From: Fervidobacterium sp. | Lineage (GTDB): Bacteria; Thermotogota; Thermotogae; Thermotogales; Fervidobacteriaceae | Direction of reading: 5' to 3' | Length of the DNA stretch: 64,000 bases | Assembly (NCBI GenBank): GCA_049970055.1 | Contig: JBMFNR010000001.1 | Coordinates: 512,001-576,000, forward strand | Part shown: positions 42,164 through 52,553 of the stretch, in pieces | Layout of the letters: each line of letters opens with the position of its first letter | Numbering within the stretch: the stretch's first letter is position 1 | Notes under the pieces: model-generated | Told to the model about the DNA's origin: nothing | What the model saw: only the letters and a program-made list of their open reading frames with translations | Databases searched by the model: none | Translations under genes and position numbers: made by a program

Positions 42164-43309
42164 ATGAGGAAAAACCTGTATATTACTACGTTGGTATTTT
42201 TACTTTTTGTGACGACTCTGACTTTTTCAGAGTTTTATCTAAACGTCAGTACAGTAAATATAGGTCAGGAGAATTACATGGTTTATGAATTTGGGCCAGA
42301 GTTTACAGTAGGTCCAGTAACACTTGGAGTAAGCTTGACAACATACGCTAGTGACCTTACAACAGGAAATTTCTACTTTGGAACACCAGGAGTATCACAA
42401 AGCACAAACATCGTTGATGGACTTAACATAACTGCGCTTGGTTTAGACCTTGGAACGTTTTGGTTCAGATACGGAAATATGAAGCAAATCACTTATGGCA
42501 TGGGATTTGTCTTTAATGGCTATTATTTGCCCAACACAAAAGTTATCGACGGTGGAATAAGGATTGGTAATTTGAATGCCTCTGTACATGTTCCATACGA
42601 ATTAAAACAACTATCAACATTTAGCTTTGGTCCATCTGATACCTTATACGCAGCCAATATATCAACAAAATTACTTGTTTTTGATTTATCCGCTTTCGGT
42701 GGCATGGAGCTTTCGGAAAATAGTAAATTACAAAATATTGCTGGTGTATCATTGACAATGCCAGCACTTGGCTTTTCAATTGGTGCAGAGGCTGATGTTC
42801 AGATGTGGCGAGATAGTACTCTTGGATACGGCGGTTTTGCTGGTATATTTGGAGACTTTGGAATGTTCCAGCTGGTTGCTGGACCATACTATTCAAGCAA
42901 TGGCTTTGCAGCGTGGTTAATCGGTAAAAATTACGCCGAGTTGAGAGACTCTATTGATCCAAGAAACTATTCGATGCAAATGGGATACATAGCCAAAGCA
43001 TCCCTAACGTTTGAGCCATACGGAAAAATAGTTCTCGGATTAAAAGGTGATTTCGATGGTAACTTTACATTGAGTGGGGAAGGAATGGTGAATATCCCAG
43101 CAGTTGCTGGTACAAATGGCCTTGTTTTGTACGGTTATTTATTTGATGATACTCCGTTTAGCTCTGGAAATATACTTGACAACGATACAGTTGCGAGGCT
43201 CACGATAGCTTATCCTGTGTTTGGGAACTTTTATGCGGGAATAAAATATATTTGGAATGGAACAGAATTTGCACAAACAGCGTTTGTTGGAGGAAACTCT
43301 AATTTCTGA
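42164..43309 (+). CDS. Secreted beta-rich protein, putative outer-membrane beta-barrel
   Basis: Signal peptide, Gly/aromatic-rich alternating strands, no Cys, terminal Phe; preceded by TGATATAAT and GGAGG. Confidence 0.6.
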   Translation: MRKNLYITTLVFLLFVTTLTFSEFYLNVSTVNIGQENYMVYEFGPEFTVGPVTLGVSLTTYASDLTTGNFYFGTPGVSQSTNIVDGLNITALGLDLGTFWFRYGNMKQITYGMGFVFNGYYLPNTKVIDGGIRIGNLNASVHVPYELKQLSTFSFGPSDTLYAANISTKLLVFDLSAFGGMELSENSKLQNIAGVSLTMPALGFSIGAEADVQMWRDSTLGYGGFAGIFGDFGMFQLVAGPYYSSNGFAAWLIGKNYAELRDSIDPRNYSMQMGYIAKASLTFEPYGKIVLGLKGDFDGNFTLSGEGMVNIPAVAGTNGLVLYGYLFDDTPFSSGNILDNDTVARLTIAYPVFGNFYAGIKYIWNGTEFAQTAFVGGNSNF

Positions 43310-43332
43310 TTAGGTTTTAGCAATACAGGATC

Positions 43333-43361
43333 TTGAAAATGATTACGCTATGTGATATAAT
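43333..43361 (+). promoter_or_regulatory. Sigma-70/A promoter of tRNA-Gly
   Basis: TTGAAA-N17-TATAAT with TG extension. Confidence 0.8.
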
Positions 43362-43375
43362 TACTATTGATAAGA

Positions 43376-43451
43376 GCGGGTGTAGCTCAGTTGGTAGAGC
43401 ATCAGCTTCCCAAGCTGAGGGCCGCGGGTTCGAATCCCGTCGCCCGCTCCA
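43376..43451 (+). tRNA. tRNA-Gly (anticodon CCC)
   Basis: GCGGGTG acceptor stem, TAGCTCAGTTGGTAGAGC D arm, TCAGC-TTCCCAA-GCTGA anticodon arm, GGTTCGAATCC T arm, encoded CCA; 76 nt. Confidence 0.97.
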
Positions 43452-43487
43452 GAATTCTACCTGATTCGAAATACCACAATGTGAATG

Positions 43488-43522
43488 TAGCAAGATAGAC
43501 CCACAGTGGGTCTATCTTGCTA
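43488..43522. repeat. Perfect 17-bp-arm palindrome downstream of the tRNA
   Basis: TAGCAAGATAGACCCAC-A-GTGGGTCTATCTTGCTA; no U tract. Confidence 0.8.
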
Positions 43523-43532
43523 TATATGTTAA

Positions 43533-45096
<1,564 letters not shown>

Positions 45097-45098
<2 letters not shown>

Positions 45099-45134
45099 AA
45101 ATAATTCGTGGTCTTGCGACCACGAATTATTTTT
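45097..45134. terminator. Bidirectional intrinsic terminator
   Basis: AAAAATAATTCGTGGTC-TTGC-GACCACGAATTATTTTT between convergent genes. Confidence 0.85.
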
Positions 45135-45429
45135 AATATTTGTTCCTTGTAGCTACAATAAGTTTTAAACCAATTTCAATAAGACCTGCTGCAATGATTG
45201 CAATAACAAATTCCCAAAATCCCATTCTTATGTATCCAAGCGATTGGGTAATTATAAGACCTCCCAGAATGGATAATCCAAGTCCGTTTGGGAATTTTCT
45301 TATCATGCTCACAATTCCACCGACGATGGCTATACTACCAAGTACAAGCCATACGGGTGAAGTTACGGACAAAACAATACTGAGTAATATAAATATTCCT
45401 GCAGATAGTAAAATAACACCCCAGAACAT
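45133..45429 (-). CDS. Small 4-TM membrane protein (LiaF/LiaI-TM-like)
   Basis: 98 aa, almost entirely hydrophobic, begins MFWGVILL; GGAGG SD. Confidence 0.6.
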   Translation of the reverse strand: MFWGVILLSAGIFILLSIVLSVTSPVWLVLGSIAIVGGIVSMIRKFPNGLGLSILGGLIITQSLGYIRMGFWEFVIAIIAAGLIEIGLKLIVATRNKY

Positions 45430-45453
45430 TAAATCACCTCCAAAAATTATGTC

Positions 45454-46425
45454 TCACTCTCTTTTTATTATACCATTACCACGTAGATTTTCATATTCAA
45501 AGATATATGCGTAAATTTCTCCAGTATTTTCTACATCTTCACATGAAAATCTGTCGCATATAATCTTTCCTGAGTTTCTAAGTTTTTCAGAATTTATCCG
45601 ATCACATTCTATCGAACCCAAGTTCTTTATCTGTTCACAATCTATTGTATTGCAATTTACTACAGACCTATTATTTAGCACTTCCACGGAAAATTTCTCT
45701 ACTTTTACATTTCCATCGTTTTCAAAAGTCTCACACCGAACTTTTTCAACAACCACATTCCCCATGTTTTTGAAATTCTCGACGTAAAGCTTTTCACAAA
45801 TCAATTCCGCTTTATCGGAAGTAATTAACTCTTCGCAAGTTACTTGTTCGGATTCGAGTTTTCCATTAACAACCAATTCGTCGCAGTCTATTGATGAAAC
45901 TTTGGCATATCCGTCTATAACTATTTTTCTTTTACGTAGAGTTTCTTCTTTCAGATGACCGGTAATTATCAAAACATCTTCATCAAACCCATTGGATGTA
46001 AATTTGTCCTTTATCATACTTTTTGCGAATGGAATATTAAATTCTACAACATTTCTTTTGCCAGCTATTTTGGCTTTTCCTTCTTCTTTTGTCAAAACTA
46101 AATTTACGTTTCCTTCCACTGATCCACCATTCCAAATAACAGTTGAGCGTACAGCATTTAAATTTCCATGTACCACTCCAGAGAGTTCAATAATACTATT
46201 AATTACAGAAACGTCCCCGTATAACTCGCCTAAAATTTTGACTCTTGCGTTTGTTGCCGATATATCTTTTTTAACAACAGTATCCTTTTCAACAATGTAC
46301 TCTCCATTCAGTACATGTTCCTTTGTGTTTTTCCCGCTTTCAAATAAAGTATCGATTAATTTCTCAGCATCTTCAAGGGTTATTTCGCCGCTTTCAACTG
46401 CTATAAGTATTTTTCTTAATTCCAT
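45454..46425 (-). CDS. SHOCT-like tag plus bactofilin-like beta-solenoid with 16-aa repeats
   Basis: N-terminal LRKILIAVESGEITLEDAEKLIDTL; G.V.GN rungs; C-terminal (I/V)xCxx(I/F)xxExxxNxGx repeats. Confidence 0.7.
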   Translation of the reverse strand: MELRKILIAVESGEITLEDAEKLIDTLFESGKNTKEHVLNGEYIVEKDTVVKKDISATNARVKILGELYGDVSVINSIIELSGVVHGNLNAVRSTVIWNGGSVEGNVNLVLTKEEGKAKIAGKRNVVEFNIPFAKSMIKDKFTSNGFDEDVLIITGHLKEETLRKRKIVIDGYAKVSSIDCDELVVNGKLESEQVTCEELITSDKAELICEKLYVENFKNMGNVVVEKVRCETFENDGNVKVEKFSVEVLNNRSVVNCNTIDCEQIKNLGSIECDRINSEKLRNSGKIICDRFSCEDVENTGEIYAYIFEYENLRGNGIIKRE

Positions 46426-46493
46426 AACCAACCACCCCTTTCATACTCTTTCACAATAACTTATGCTCTTTTGTTTTAGCTTGCTGTCTTAAT

Positions 46494-46988
46494 TTACTCT
46501 TCGACCTTGATTCCGGACATAAAAGGTTTTATAATCAAGTGTTTTACAGTGTTAAGGATGCCGTTGATAAAGAAATTATTGATCTCAGTTATATTACCGC
46601 GAACTTTTGGTTTTTCACCTTTGTAATTACATCCAACCATTTCCAAGTTACCTTCTATAATTCCACCGTTCCAAGTAATCGTGCTGCCGACGAGTTCAAC
46701 ATCACCTTTTACTGTTCCAGAAAGTACAAGTTCTCCAAATATAATCTGAAGGTTTCCATTCAAAATACCAAATATAGATGCTTTTCCATTAACGATTTCC
46801 AAATCTCCATCAAATTCTTCTTGTTCATTTAAAGTAAACTCTTTTCCGATTATACTTTTTTCTTTCTTATTGTTATACTTTTCTGCAGATTTTATAGTCA
46901 GAATAAGCTTTTCAGCATCATCTACTGATATTTCTCTTCTTGCAAGAGCTTCTAAAATGGAACGAATATCATTGGGAAGCTCACCCAT
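46494..46988 (-). CDS. SHOCT-like tag plus bactofilin/polymer-forming domain
   Basis: IRSILEALARREISVDDAEKLIL, then GDL...G...I.G...GNL rungs; ATG 46988 after GGGGGG. Confidence 0.7.
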   Translation of the reverse strand: MGELPNDIRSILEALARREISVDDAEKLILTIKSAEKYNNKKEKSIIGKEFTLNEQEEFDGDLEIVNGKASIFGILNGNLQIIFGELVLSGTVKGDVELVGSTITWNGGIIEGNLEMVGCNYKGEKPKVRGNITEINNFFINGILNTVKHLIIKPFMSGIKVEE

Positions 46989-47002
46989 ATTAGTCCCCCC
47001 TT

Positions 47003-47395
47003 TCATTTACCGGATTTCTCACCTTTTCGTTTTAATAAAGCTATTGCTTCCTCAACTGTAATTTTCTTTTCTTTTAAAAGTCTAAAAACATCTTCCCGAT
47101 CATTTTGCTCTTCATCAACCATTTCTTCAATAGGTGTAAGCCCCATCTTTTCAAGTACTTTGTCTAACCTCCCTCTAAGGGCAAAATAACCAATTCCAGT
47201 TAACCTTTCCATTTCCTTCAAATTTCCTTTTGTGCGCAAAAACATTATTATAAACTTAGTGTCTTCTTCGTCTAAGAAACAAAATTCTGGCACTTCAAAG
47301 TATCCACTAACTGATACTCCATCTTCGTCACACTTTAACTGAGTTACTTTCATTGGTTTACCACATACTGGGCAACGCGGTAACATTTTTGGCAT
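47003..47395 (-). CDS. DUF2089 family protein (Zn ribbon, HTH, SHOCT-like tail)
   Basis: CPVCG..M.V..L.C, F...GNLKEMER..GI.Y...R.RLD, tail REDVFRLLKEKKITVEEAIALLK. Confidence 0.88.
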   Translation of the reverse strand: MPKMLPRCPVCGKPMKVTQLKCDEDGVSVSGYFEVPEFCFLDEEDTKFIIMFLRTKGNLKEMERLTGIGYFALRGRLDKVLEKMGLTPIEEMVDEEQNDREDVFRLLKEKKITVEEAIALLKRKGEKSGK

Positions 47396-47413
47396 AATAT
47401 CACCTCCAAAATA

Positions 47414-47442
47414 ATTGTATCACTATCAAAAATTTTTGTCAA
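47414..47442 (-). promoter_or_regulatory. Sigma-70/A promoter of the DUF2089 operon
   Basis: Minus strand: TTGACA-N17-TACAAT with TG extension; palindrome CAAAAATTTTTG at the -35/spacer junction. Confidence 0.8.
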
Positions 47443-47494
47443 TATATACAAAATTTATTTTGTGCATTCAAAACGTTCTTATAAAAAAGGATAT

Positions 47495-47522
47495 TTGAAA
47501 TTTCGCAAAAATATGATATAAT
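47495..47522 (+). promoter_or_regulatory. Putative hfq promoter
   Basis: TTGAAA-N16-TATAAT with TG extension. Confidence 0.6.
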
Positions 47523-47623
47523 TTATCGGTGTTTAAATATTCTGATGCTTGTCCTCTTTATATAAGCACAAGAAAAATTGTGCATTTTAGTTCACTTAAA
47601 TCGTATTTATTGGGGGGATTTAT

Positions 47624-47887
47624 GTGGCAAAGGAAAAGTTCAACCTTCAGGATAGGTTTTTGAATATTGTTAGAACGAAAAAGATTGAGGTAAAGGTTTA
47701 CTTGGTCAATGGCTTTCAAACAAAGGGGATAGTACGATCTTTCGATAATTTTACAGTTCTTATCGAAAGTGGCAAGCAGCAAACATTAATTTACAAGCAC
47801 GCTATCAGTACTATACTTCCATCAGAATACATAATGTTAATGAAGACAGAGGAAGAACAAGCAGAGCAAGAAAGTGAACACGAATAA
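47624..47887 (+). CDS. hfq: RNA chaperone Hfq
   Basis: LQD.FLN, VYLVNG.Q..G, SFDNF, YKHAISTI.P. Confidence 0.96.
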   Translation: MAKEKFNLQDRFLNIVRTKKIEVKVYLVNGFQTKGIVRSFDNFTVLIESGKQQTLIYKHAISTILPSEYIMLMKTEEEQAEQESEHE

Positions 47888-47910
47888 TCAAAAGCACCTG
47901 TAAGAAGGGG

Positions 47911-49161
47911 ATGAATGCTTTAGAAAAAGCTTTATTGGTTGGTATTCAAAGTAATTTTAATAAAGAGGCATTTGAATCCTTGAATGAGCTTGAAGCGCTA
48001 TGTGAAACTCTTGGTTTGAGTGTTTTTGAAAAAATCGTTCAAAAAAGAGAAAAACCCGATACAGCAACTTACATCGGTAGTGGAAAATTGGAGAAGATAA
48101 AAGTTTACTGCCAAGAAAATGGTATTAGCTTACTTGTCTTTGATGATGAAATCACGCCTATTCAGCAAAGAAATATAGAAAAAATAACGAATTTGAAAGT
48201 ATTAGATAGGACGCAAGTAATTTTGGAGATATTTGCAAAGCACGCTCAGACAAAGGAAGGAAAGCTCCAAGTTGAAATGGCAAGACTTACATACATGTTG
48301 CCAAGGCTTAGAGGCAAAGGTAGAGAGCTTTCGAATCCAGGTGGTGGGATAGGTACAAGAGGACTTGGGGAAAAAATTCTTGAGCTTGATAAGAGGAAAA
48401 TAAGAGAGAGAATTAATCAATTGAAAAAAGAACTGGAAAAATTAAGGATTAACAGGCAAATCACAAGGAAGGCAAGATCCGAGAGTGGTTATTACGTATT
48501 TTCAATAGCTGGATACACGAATGCAGGTAAGAGCACGTTGCTTAGTGCTCTCTCAAATGAAAAAGATATACTCATATCCGATAAATTATTTGCAACGCTT
48601 AGTCCTACCGTTAGAAAGGTGAAATTACCTAATGGTAGATATTTTTTATTAAGTGACACAGTTGGATTCATCAAGAAATTGCCACACACATTAATAGAAG
48701 CATTTCACTCAACACTTGAAGAAATAACTTGCTCCAACGTAATAATACTACTTGTTGATATATGTGATCCAAGTTACAAAGAAAAAATAATTGCGTCTCA
48801 AAATGTACTTGAACAAATTGGTGTTATTGATAAACCGATCTTTTTAGTGTTCAATAAGATAGATTTGGTCCCTAATGAACATGTGGAAGCGATAAAATAT
48901 CAGTATCCGTCGGCTGTTTTTATATCCGCAAAGTCCAAGTTGGGTTTCGACACGCTTTATAAGAAGATTAAGGAATATATAGATCAAATGGATGTTTCAA
49001 AAAGGATCATTGTACCTTTAGATAAAATTGGAAATCTGATGAAGTATTCCGAATACTTGGAATGGGAGATTATTAGTCAAAATGGGTTTGAAGCGTTAGT
49101 TGATATGAAAGGACCAGAAAGTGTTGTTACAAAAATTGCCGATTCATTGTTCCAGATGTGA
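47911..49161 (+). CDS. hflX: GTPase HflX
   Basis: IL.IFA.HA.T.EGKLQVE, GYTNAGKS, LFATL, DTVGF, NKID; adjacent to hfq. Confidence 0.95.
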   Translation: MNALEKALLVGIQSNFNKEAFESLNELEALCETLGLSVFEKIVQKREKPDTATYIGSGKLEKIKVYCQENGISLLVFDDEITPIQQRNIEKITNLKVLDRTQVILEIFAKHAQTKEGKLQVEMARLTYMLPRLRGKGRELSNPGGGIGTRGLGEKILELDKRKIRERINQLKKELEKLRINRQITRKARSESGYYVFSIAGYTNAGKSTLLSALSNEKDILISDKLFATLSPTVRKVKLPNGRYFLLSDTVGFIKKLPHTLIEAFHSTLEEITCSNVIILLVDICDPSYKEKIIASQNVLEQIGVIDKPIFLVFNKIDLVPNEHVEAIKYQYPSAVFISAKSKLGFDTLYKKIKEYIDQMDVSKRIIVPLDKIGNLMKYSEYLEWEIISQNGFEALVDMKGPESVVTKIADSLFQM

Positions 49162-49191
49162 GTTAGAGTTACAAAAAGGAGTGTGGAAGGT

Positions 49192-50181
49192 ATGTATGCT
49201 ATGGATAGATGTTTCAGGACATTATTTATCTGTTTTTCGATTCTTTTTTCGTACTCTATTTTTGGTTTATATTCCCTGCCAGTCGATAACTCTTACATCA
49301 CCGCAACATTTATGGAGTTTCGTTCAACAGGTAATGAACCACACTTTCATTCAGGTGTTGACTTCAGCACATTTTTAAAAGAGGGGATTCCCATTAAAGC
49401 TGTTGAAAGTGGTTATCTTACCCGCCTTGAGATAGATGAAGGAAGTATTTACGGAATGACCATTGTACTACAACATCCTGACGGTTTTAGAACTTTGTAC
49501 GCACATCTTTCTAAATTCTCTGATAAAATTGATAAAATTACTTCTATGCTTACATCGGAGTTTGGAAAGCAAAGGATTGTTGTAGAATTCTTCTCGAGTG
49601 ATTATAAGTTTGAGAAAGGTGAAGTAATTGGTTATTCGGGCAGTACGGGTGAGGCAGTAAAACCACATGCACATTTTGAAGTAAGAAGCAGTGATGAGAA
49701 AGTGATTTACGACCCTTTGAATTTTTTAGATAAAAGCCTGCTTAGACCTGTTCAGATGGGAATAATTTTGAGAAGCATCAGGATCGATGGTAAGGAATAT
49801 CCTTTTGTGAATGGTGGTACTTATTATTTTACCGGATCGTATCCAAAGATATCGGTGGAAGCGTACACAGAATTAGCAAAAAATTTACTCGGAATTAAAG
49901 AAATAAAGATGTACTTTTCAGATAACTTGGTGTATCATATAATACTTGATGAACTACCAATGGAAATGTGGAATAAACCATACGAAGTGTACGATGAAGG
50001 CACCGTTATGACAAGTTTAATTTATAAAGGTTTCTACAAGTTATACCAAGATAAGGATTTAAGTTTCGTAAAGAAAAACGCCGTTTCCAGTTATACGGGT
50101 AATTATTACAATGTGAAGCTGGAATTATCGGATAATTTTGGAAATTCGTCATCGTTTCAATTTTCTTTACAAAAGAGGTAG
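49192..50181 (+). CDS. M23 family metallopeptidase
   Basis: HFHSGVD, YAHL, G.SGSTG...PH.HFE.R; signal-like N-terminus; start approximate. Confidence 0.88.
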   Translation: MYAMDRCFRTLFICFSILFSYSIFGLYSLPVDNSYITATFMEFRSTGNEPHFHSGVDFSTFLKEGIPIKAVESGYLTRLEIDEGSIYGMTIVLQHPDGFRTLYAHLSKFSDKIDKITSMLTSEFGKQRIVVEFFSSDYKFEKGEVIGYSGSTGEAVKPHAHFEVRSSDEKVIYDPLNFLDKSLLRPVQMGIILRSIRIDGKEYPFVNGGTYYFTGSYPKISVEAYTELAKNLLGIKEIKMYFSDNLVYHIILDELPMEMWNKPYEVYDEGTVMTSLIYKGFYKLYQDKDLSFVKKNAVSSYTGNYYNVKLELSDNFGNSSSFQFSLQKR

Positions 50182-50203
50182 TTACAAGTTAGAAGGTGGT
50201 TGC

Positions 50204-50533
50204 ATGTTATTCTTCAAAAAGCGTGAAAAAACAGAAGCAGAACTTGAAAGGAATCCATTTTATAAAGAAAAGAATGCGCTTGTTGTGTATCTAAAGTGCA
50301 ATAAATGTGGCGAGGTTTTTAGAAGTCATCTCAGGATTGGATACGATTTCATAATTAATTACGATGACAGGTCATCGCCTTATATGATCGAAAAGGTTTA
50401 TGTTGGTTCAAAATGTCCAAATAAAATCGAATTAAAAGCAAAATTCACTGGTGCTTATAAGCCAGTGAGTATCGAGATAGATGGTGGTAAGTTTATCTCA
50501 AAAGAAAGCTATGAAAGGGAGGCAGAGAGATGA
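50204..50533 (+). CDS. Conserved hypothetical protein with CxxC (possible Zn ribbon)
   Basis: ATG 50204; KCNKCGE...C; ATGA overlap with metK. Confidence 0.6.
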   Translation: MLFFKKREKTEAELERNPFYKEKNALVVYLKCNKCGEVFRSHLRIGYDFIINYDDRSSPYMIEKVYVGSKCPNKIELKAKFTGAYKPVSIEIDGGKFISKESYEREAER

Positions 50534-51720
50534 GGAGATTATTCACAAGTGAAAGTGTCACAGAAGGGCACCCAGATAAGATGGCTGATCAAATCAGTGA
50601 TGCCATCTTAGACGCGATCATTTCAGAGGATAGCAGAGCACGTGTTGCGGTTGAAACGCTTCTAACAACAGGTGTAGCAATTGTTGCAGGAGAGGTTACA
50701 ACAAAGGCGTATGTCGATGTACAAGACATCGTCAGGAAAACGGTTCTGGAAATAGGCTACACAAGAGCAAAGTATGGGTTTGACGGAGAGACGTGTGCTG
50801 TTCTTTCTTCGATTCATAGCCAGTCACCTGATATCGCACTTGGTGTCGACGAAGCTGCAGAATTCAAAGAAGGGGAAAAAGCCCAAGATGAAATTGAGAA
50901 GGTTGGAGCTGGTGACCAAGGAATGATGTTTGGCTACGCTACGAACGAAACGCAAGAGTTTATGCCATTACCAATTATGCTTGCACACAAGCTTGCAATG
51001 AAACTTGCTGAAGTTAGAAAAAGCGGGACAGTTCCATTCCTAAGGCCAGATGGAAAAACGCAAGTTACAGTCGAATACGACGAAAATGACAAACCAATTA
51101 GAGTTGATACTGTTCTAATATCGACGCAGCATGAACCTGATGTTACAATTCCTGAAATAAAAGAGGCACTCATAAAATACGTTATCGATCCCATCATTCC
51201 GGAGAATCTAAGAGATGATAAAATGAGGATATTTGTCAACCCGACGGGTAGATTTGTGCTCGGTGGTCCATCGGCTGATACAGGTTTAACTGGAAGAAAG
51301 ATAATTGTTGATACATACGGTGGTGCTATTCCACACGGTGGTGGTGCGTTCAGTGGAAAAGACCCAACGAAGGTGGATAGGTCAGCACACTATTTTGCTA
51401 GATACGTTGCCAAGAATGTCGTTGCGGCAGGTTTGGCGGATAAATTCATGATTCAAGTTGCATATGCAATAGGTGTTGCAAAACCTGTTTCTATAATGAT
51501 AAACACTTATGGAACAGCAAAAGTTGACGAGGAAAACCTTCTTAAAGTTATCACAGAACTTTTTGATTTCAGACCTGGAGCGATAATTAAAAAACTGGAT
51601 CTTTTGAGACCAATTTACAAAAAGACAGCTGCTTATGGTCACTTTGGTAGAAATGACCCAGATTTCACATGGGAAAAAACCGATATGGTTAGAGAGTTAA
51701 GAGCAGCCTTTAATATATGA
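50530..51720 (+). CDS. metK: S-adenosylmethionine synthetase
   Basis: [39 protein letters not shown]. Confidence 0.98.
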   Translation: MRRLFTSESVTEGHPDKMADQISDAILDAIISEDSRARVAVETLLTTGVAIVAGEVTTKAYVDVQDIVRKTVLEIGYTRAKYGFDGETCAVLSSIHSQSPDIALGVDEAAEFKEGEKAQDEIEKVGAGDQGMMFGYATNETQEFMPLPIMLAHKLAMKLAEVRKSGTVPFLRPDGKTQVTVEYDENDKPIRVDTVLISTQHEPDVTIPEIKEALIKYVIDPIIPENLRDDKMRIFVNPTGRFVLGGPSADTGLTGRKIIVDTYGGAIPHGGGAFSGKDPTKVDRSAHYFARYVAKNVVAAGLADKFMIQVAYAIGVAKPVSIMINTYGTAKVDEENLLKVITELFDFRPGAIIKKLDLLRPIYKKTAAYGHFGRNDPDFTWEKTDMVRELRAAFNI

Positions 51721-51752
51721 TTAATGCATGAGAAAATGAGGAGGTAAATTGT

Positions 51753-52031
51753 ATGCCAAATAAAAAATCAGCGGAAAAAAGGGTAAGAGTGTCTGAAAAA
51801 AGAAGAATTCTCAATAAGGCTTATAAAACTAGCATGAAGAATAAAATAAAAGCTGTCCTAACAGCAATTGCAGAGAAGAAACCCGCTGAAGAGGTAAGAG
51901 AATTATTTAGAAAAGCCCAAAGTGCAATTGATAAAGCCGCGAGAAGTGGTGCAATTCACAAAAATCAAGCAAGCAGGAGGAAATCAAGATTAGCCGCCAA
52001 GGTAAAGGCTTACTTGGGCGTTGAAGAATAA
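51753..52031 (+). CDS. rpsT: 30S ribosomal protein S20
   Basis: MPN.KSA.KR, IDKAA..G.IHKN.A.R.KSRL. Confidence 0.97.
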   Translation: MPNKKSAEKRVRVSEKRRILNKAYKTSMKNKIKAVLTAIAEKKPAEEVRELFRKAQSAIDKAARSGAIHKNQASRRKSRLAAKVKAYLGVEE

Positions 52032-52042
52032 GGGGTGTAATA

Positions 52043-52450
52043 ATGTCATTCTACTACGTCATGGAACTTGAGGTTAGTGAGCAGAGGGCAGATTATGCAC
52101 TGAAAAACTCCGAGCTTGTTGAGTTCATTAAATCAAAAGGTTGTCAAATATCGTACGATAAGGGAATACTGACTTTAAAATTTCCTGAGAATGAAGATCT
52201 CGATGAAGACGTAATGGAAGAAGTTCTTAAAGTGATCAAAGTACCTGTCAGTGCCAAAGAATACATTTTTGAAAATGGAAGTAAAATTGAGATTTTCTCA
52301 GGAAAGCTAGATCCTCAGCATCCACTGGGTCAAGCTAAGGAAGAGATTCAAGAAAGAACGATAGAAAGCATAGAAGAGGATGAATCGGACTTAAAATCTT
52401 CCTATGAAGAACTCTTAGATGATATTGAAGAGGAAGAAGAGGAAGAATAA
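52043..52450 (+). CDS. Hypothetical protein with highly acidic C-terminal tail
   Basis: 135-aa ORF with AGGGG SD directly after rpsT; ends IEEEEEEE. Confidence 0.65.
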   Translation: MSFYYVMELEVSEQRADYALKNSELVEFIKSKGCQISYDKGILTLKFPENEDLDEDVMEEVLKVIKVPVSAKEYIFENGSKIEIFSGKLDPQHPLGQAKEEIQERTIESIEEDESDLKSSYEELLDDIEEEEEEE

Positions 52451-52480
52451 AGTCAAGGTTGTATAAATGATAAAAAATAT

Positions 52481-52516
52481 AAAAAACAACCCCCCTCCAA
52501 CAGTGGAGGGGGTTTT
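52481..52516. terminator. Bidirectional intrinsic terminator
   Basis: AACCCCCCTCCA-ACAG-TGGAGGGGGTTTT between convergent genes. Confidence 0.75.
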
Positions 52517-52553
52517 GGTTTCCATTTTCTTATCTTTATCCATTCTCCTATTT

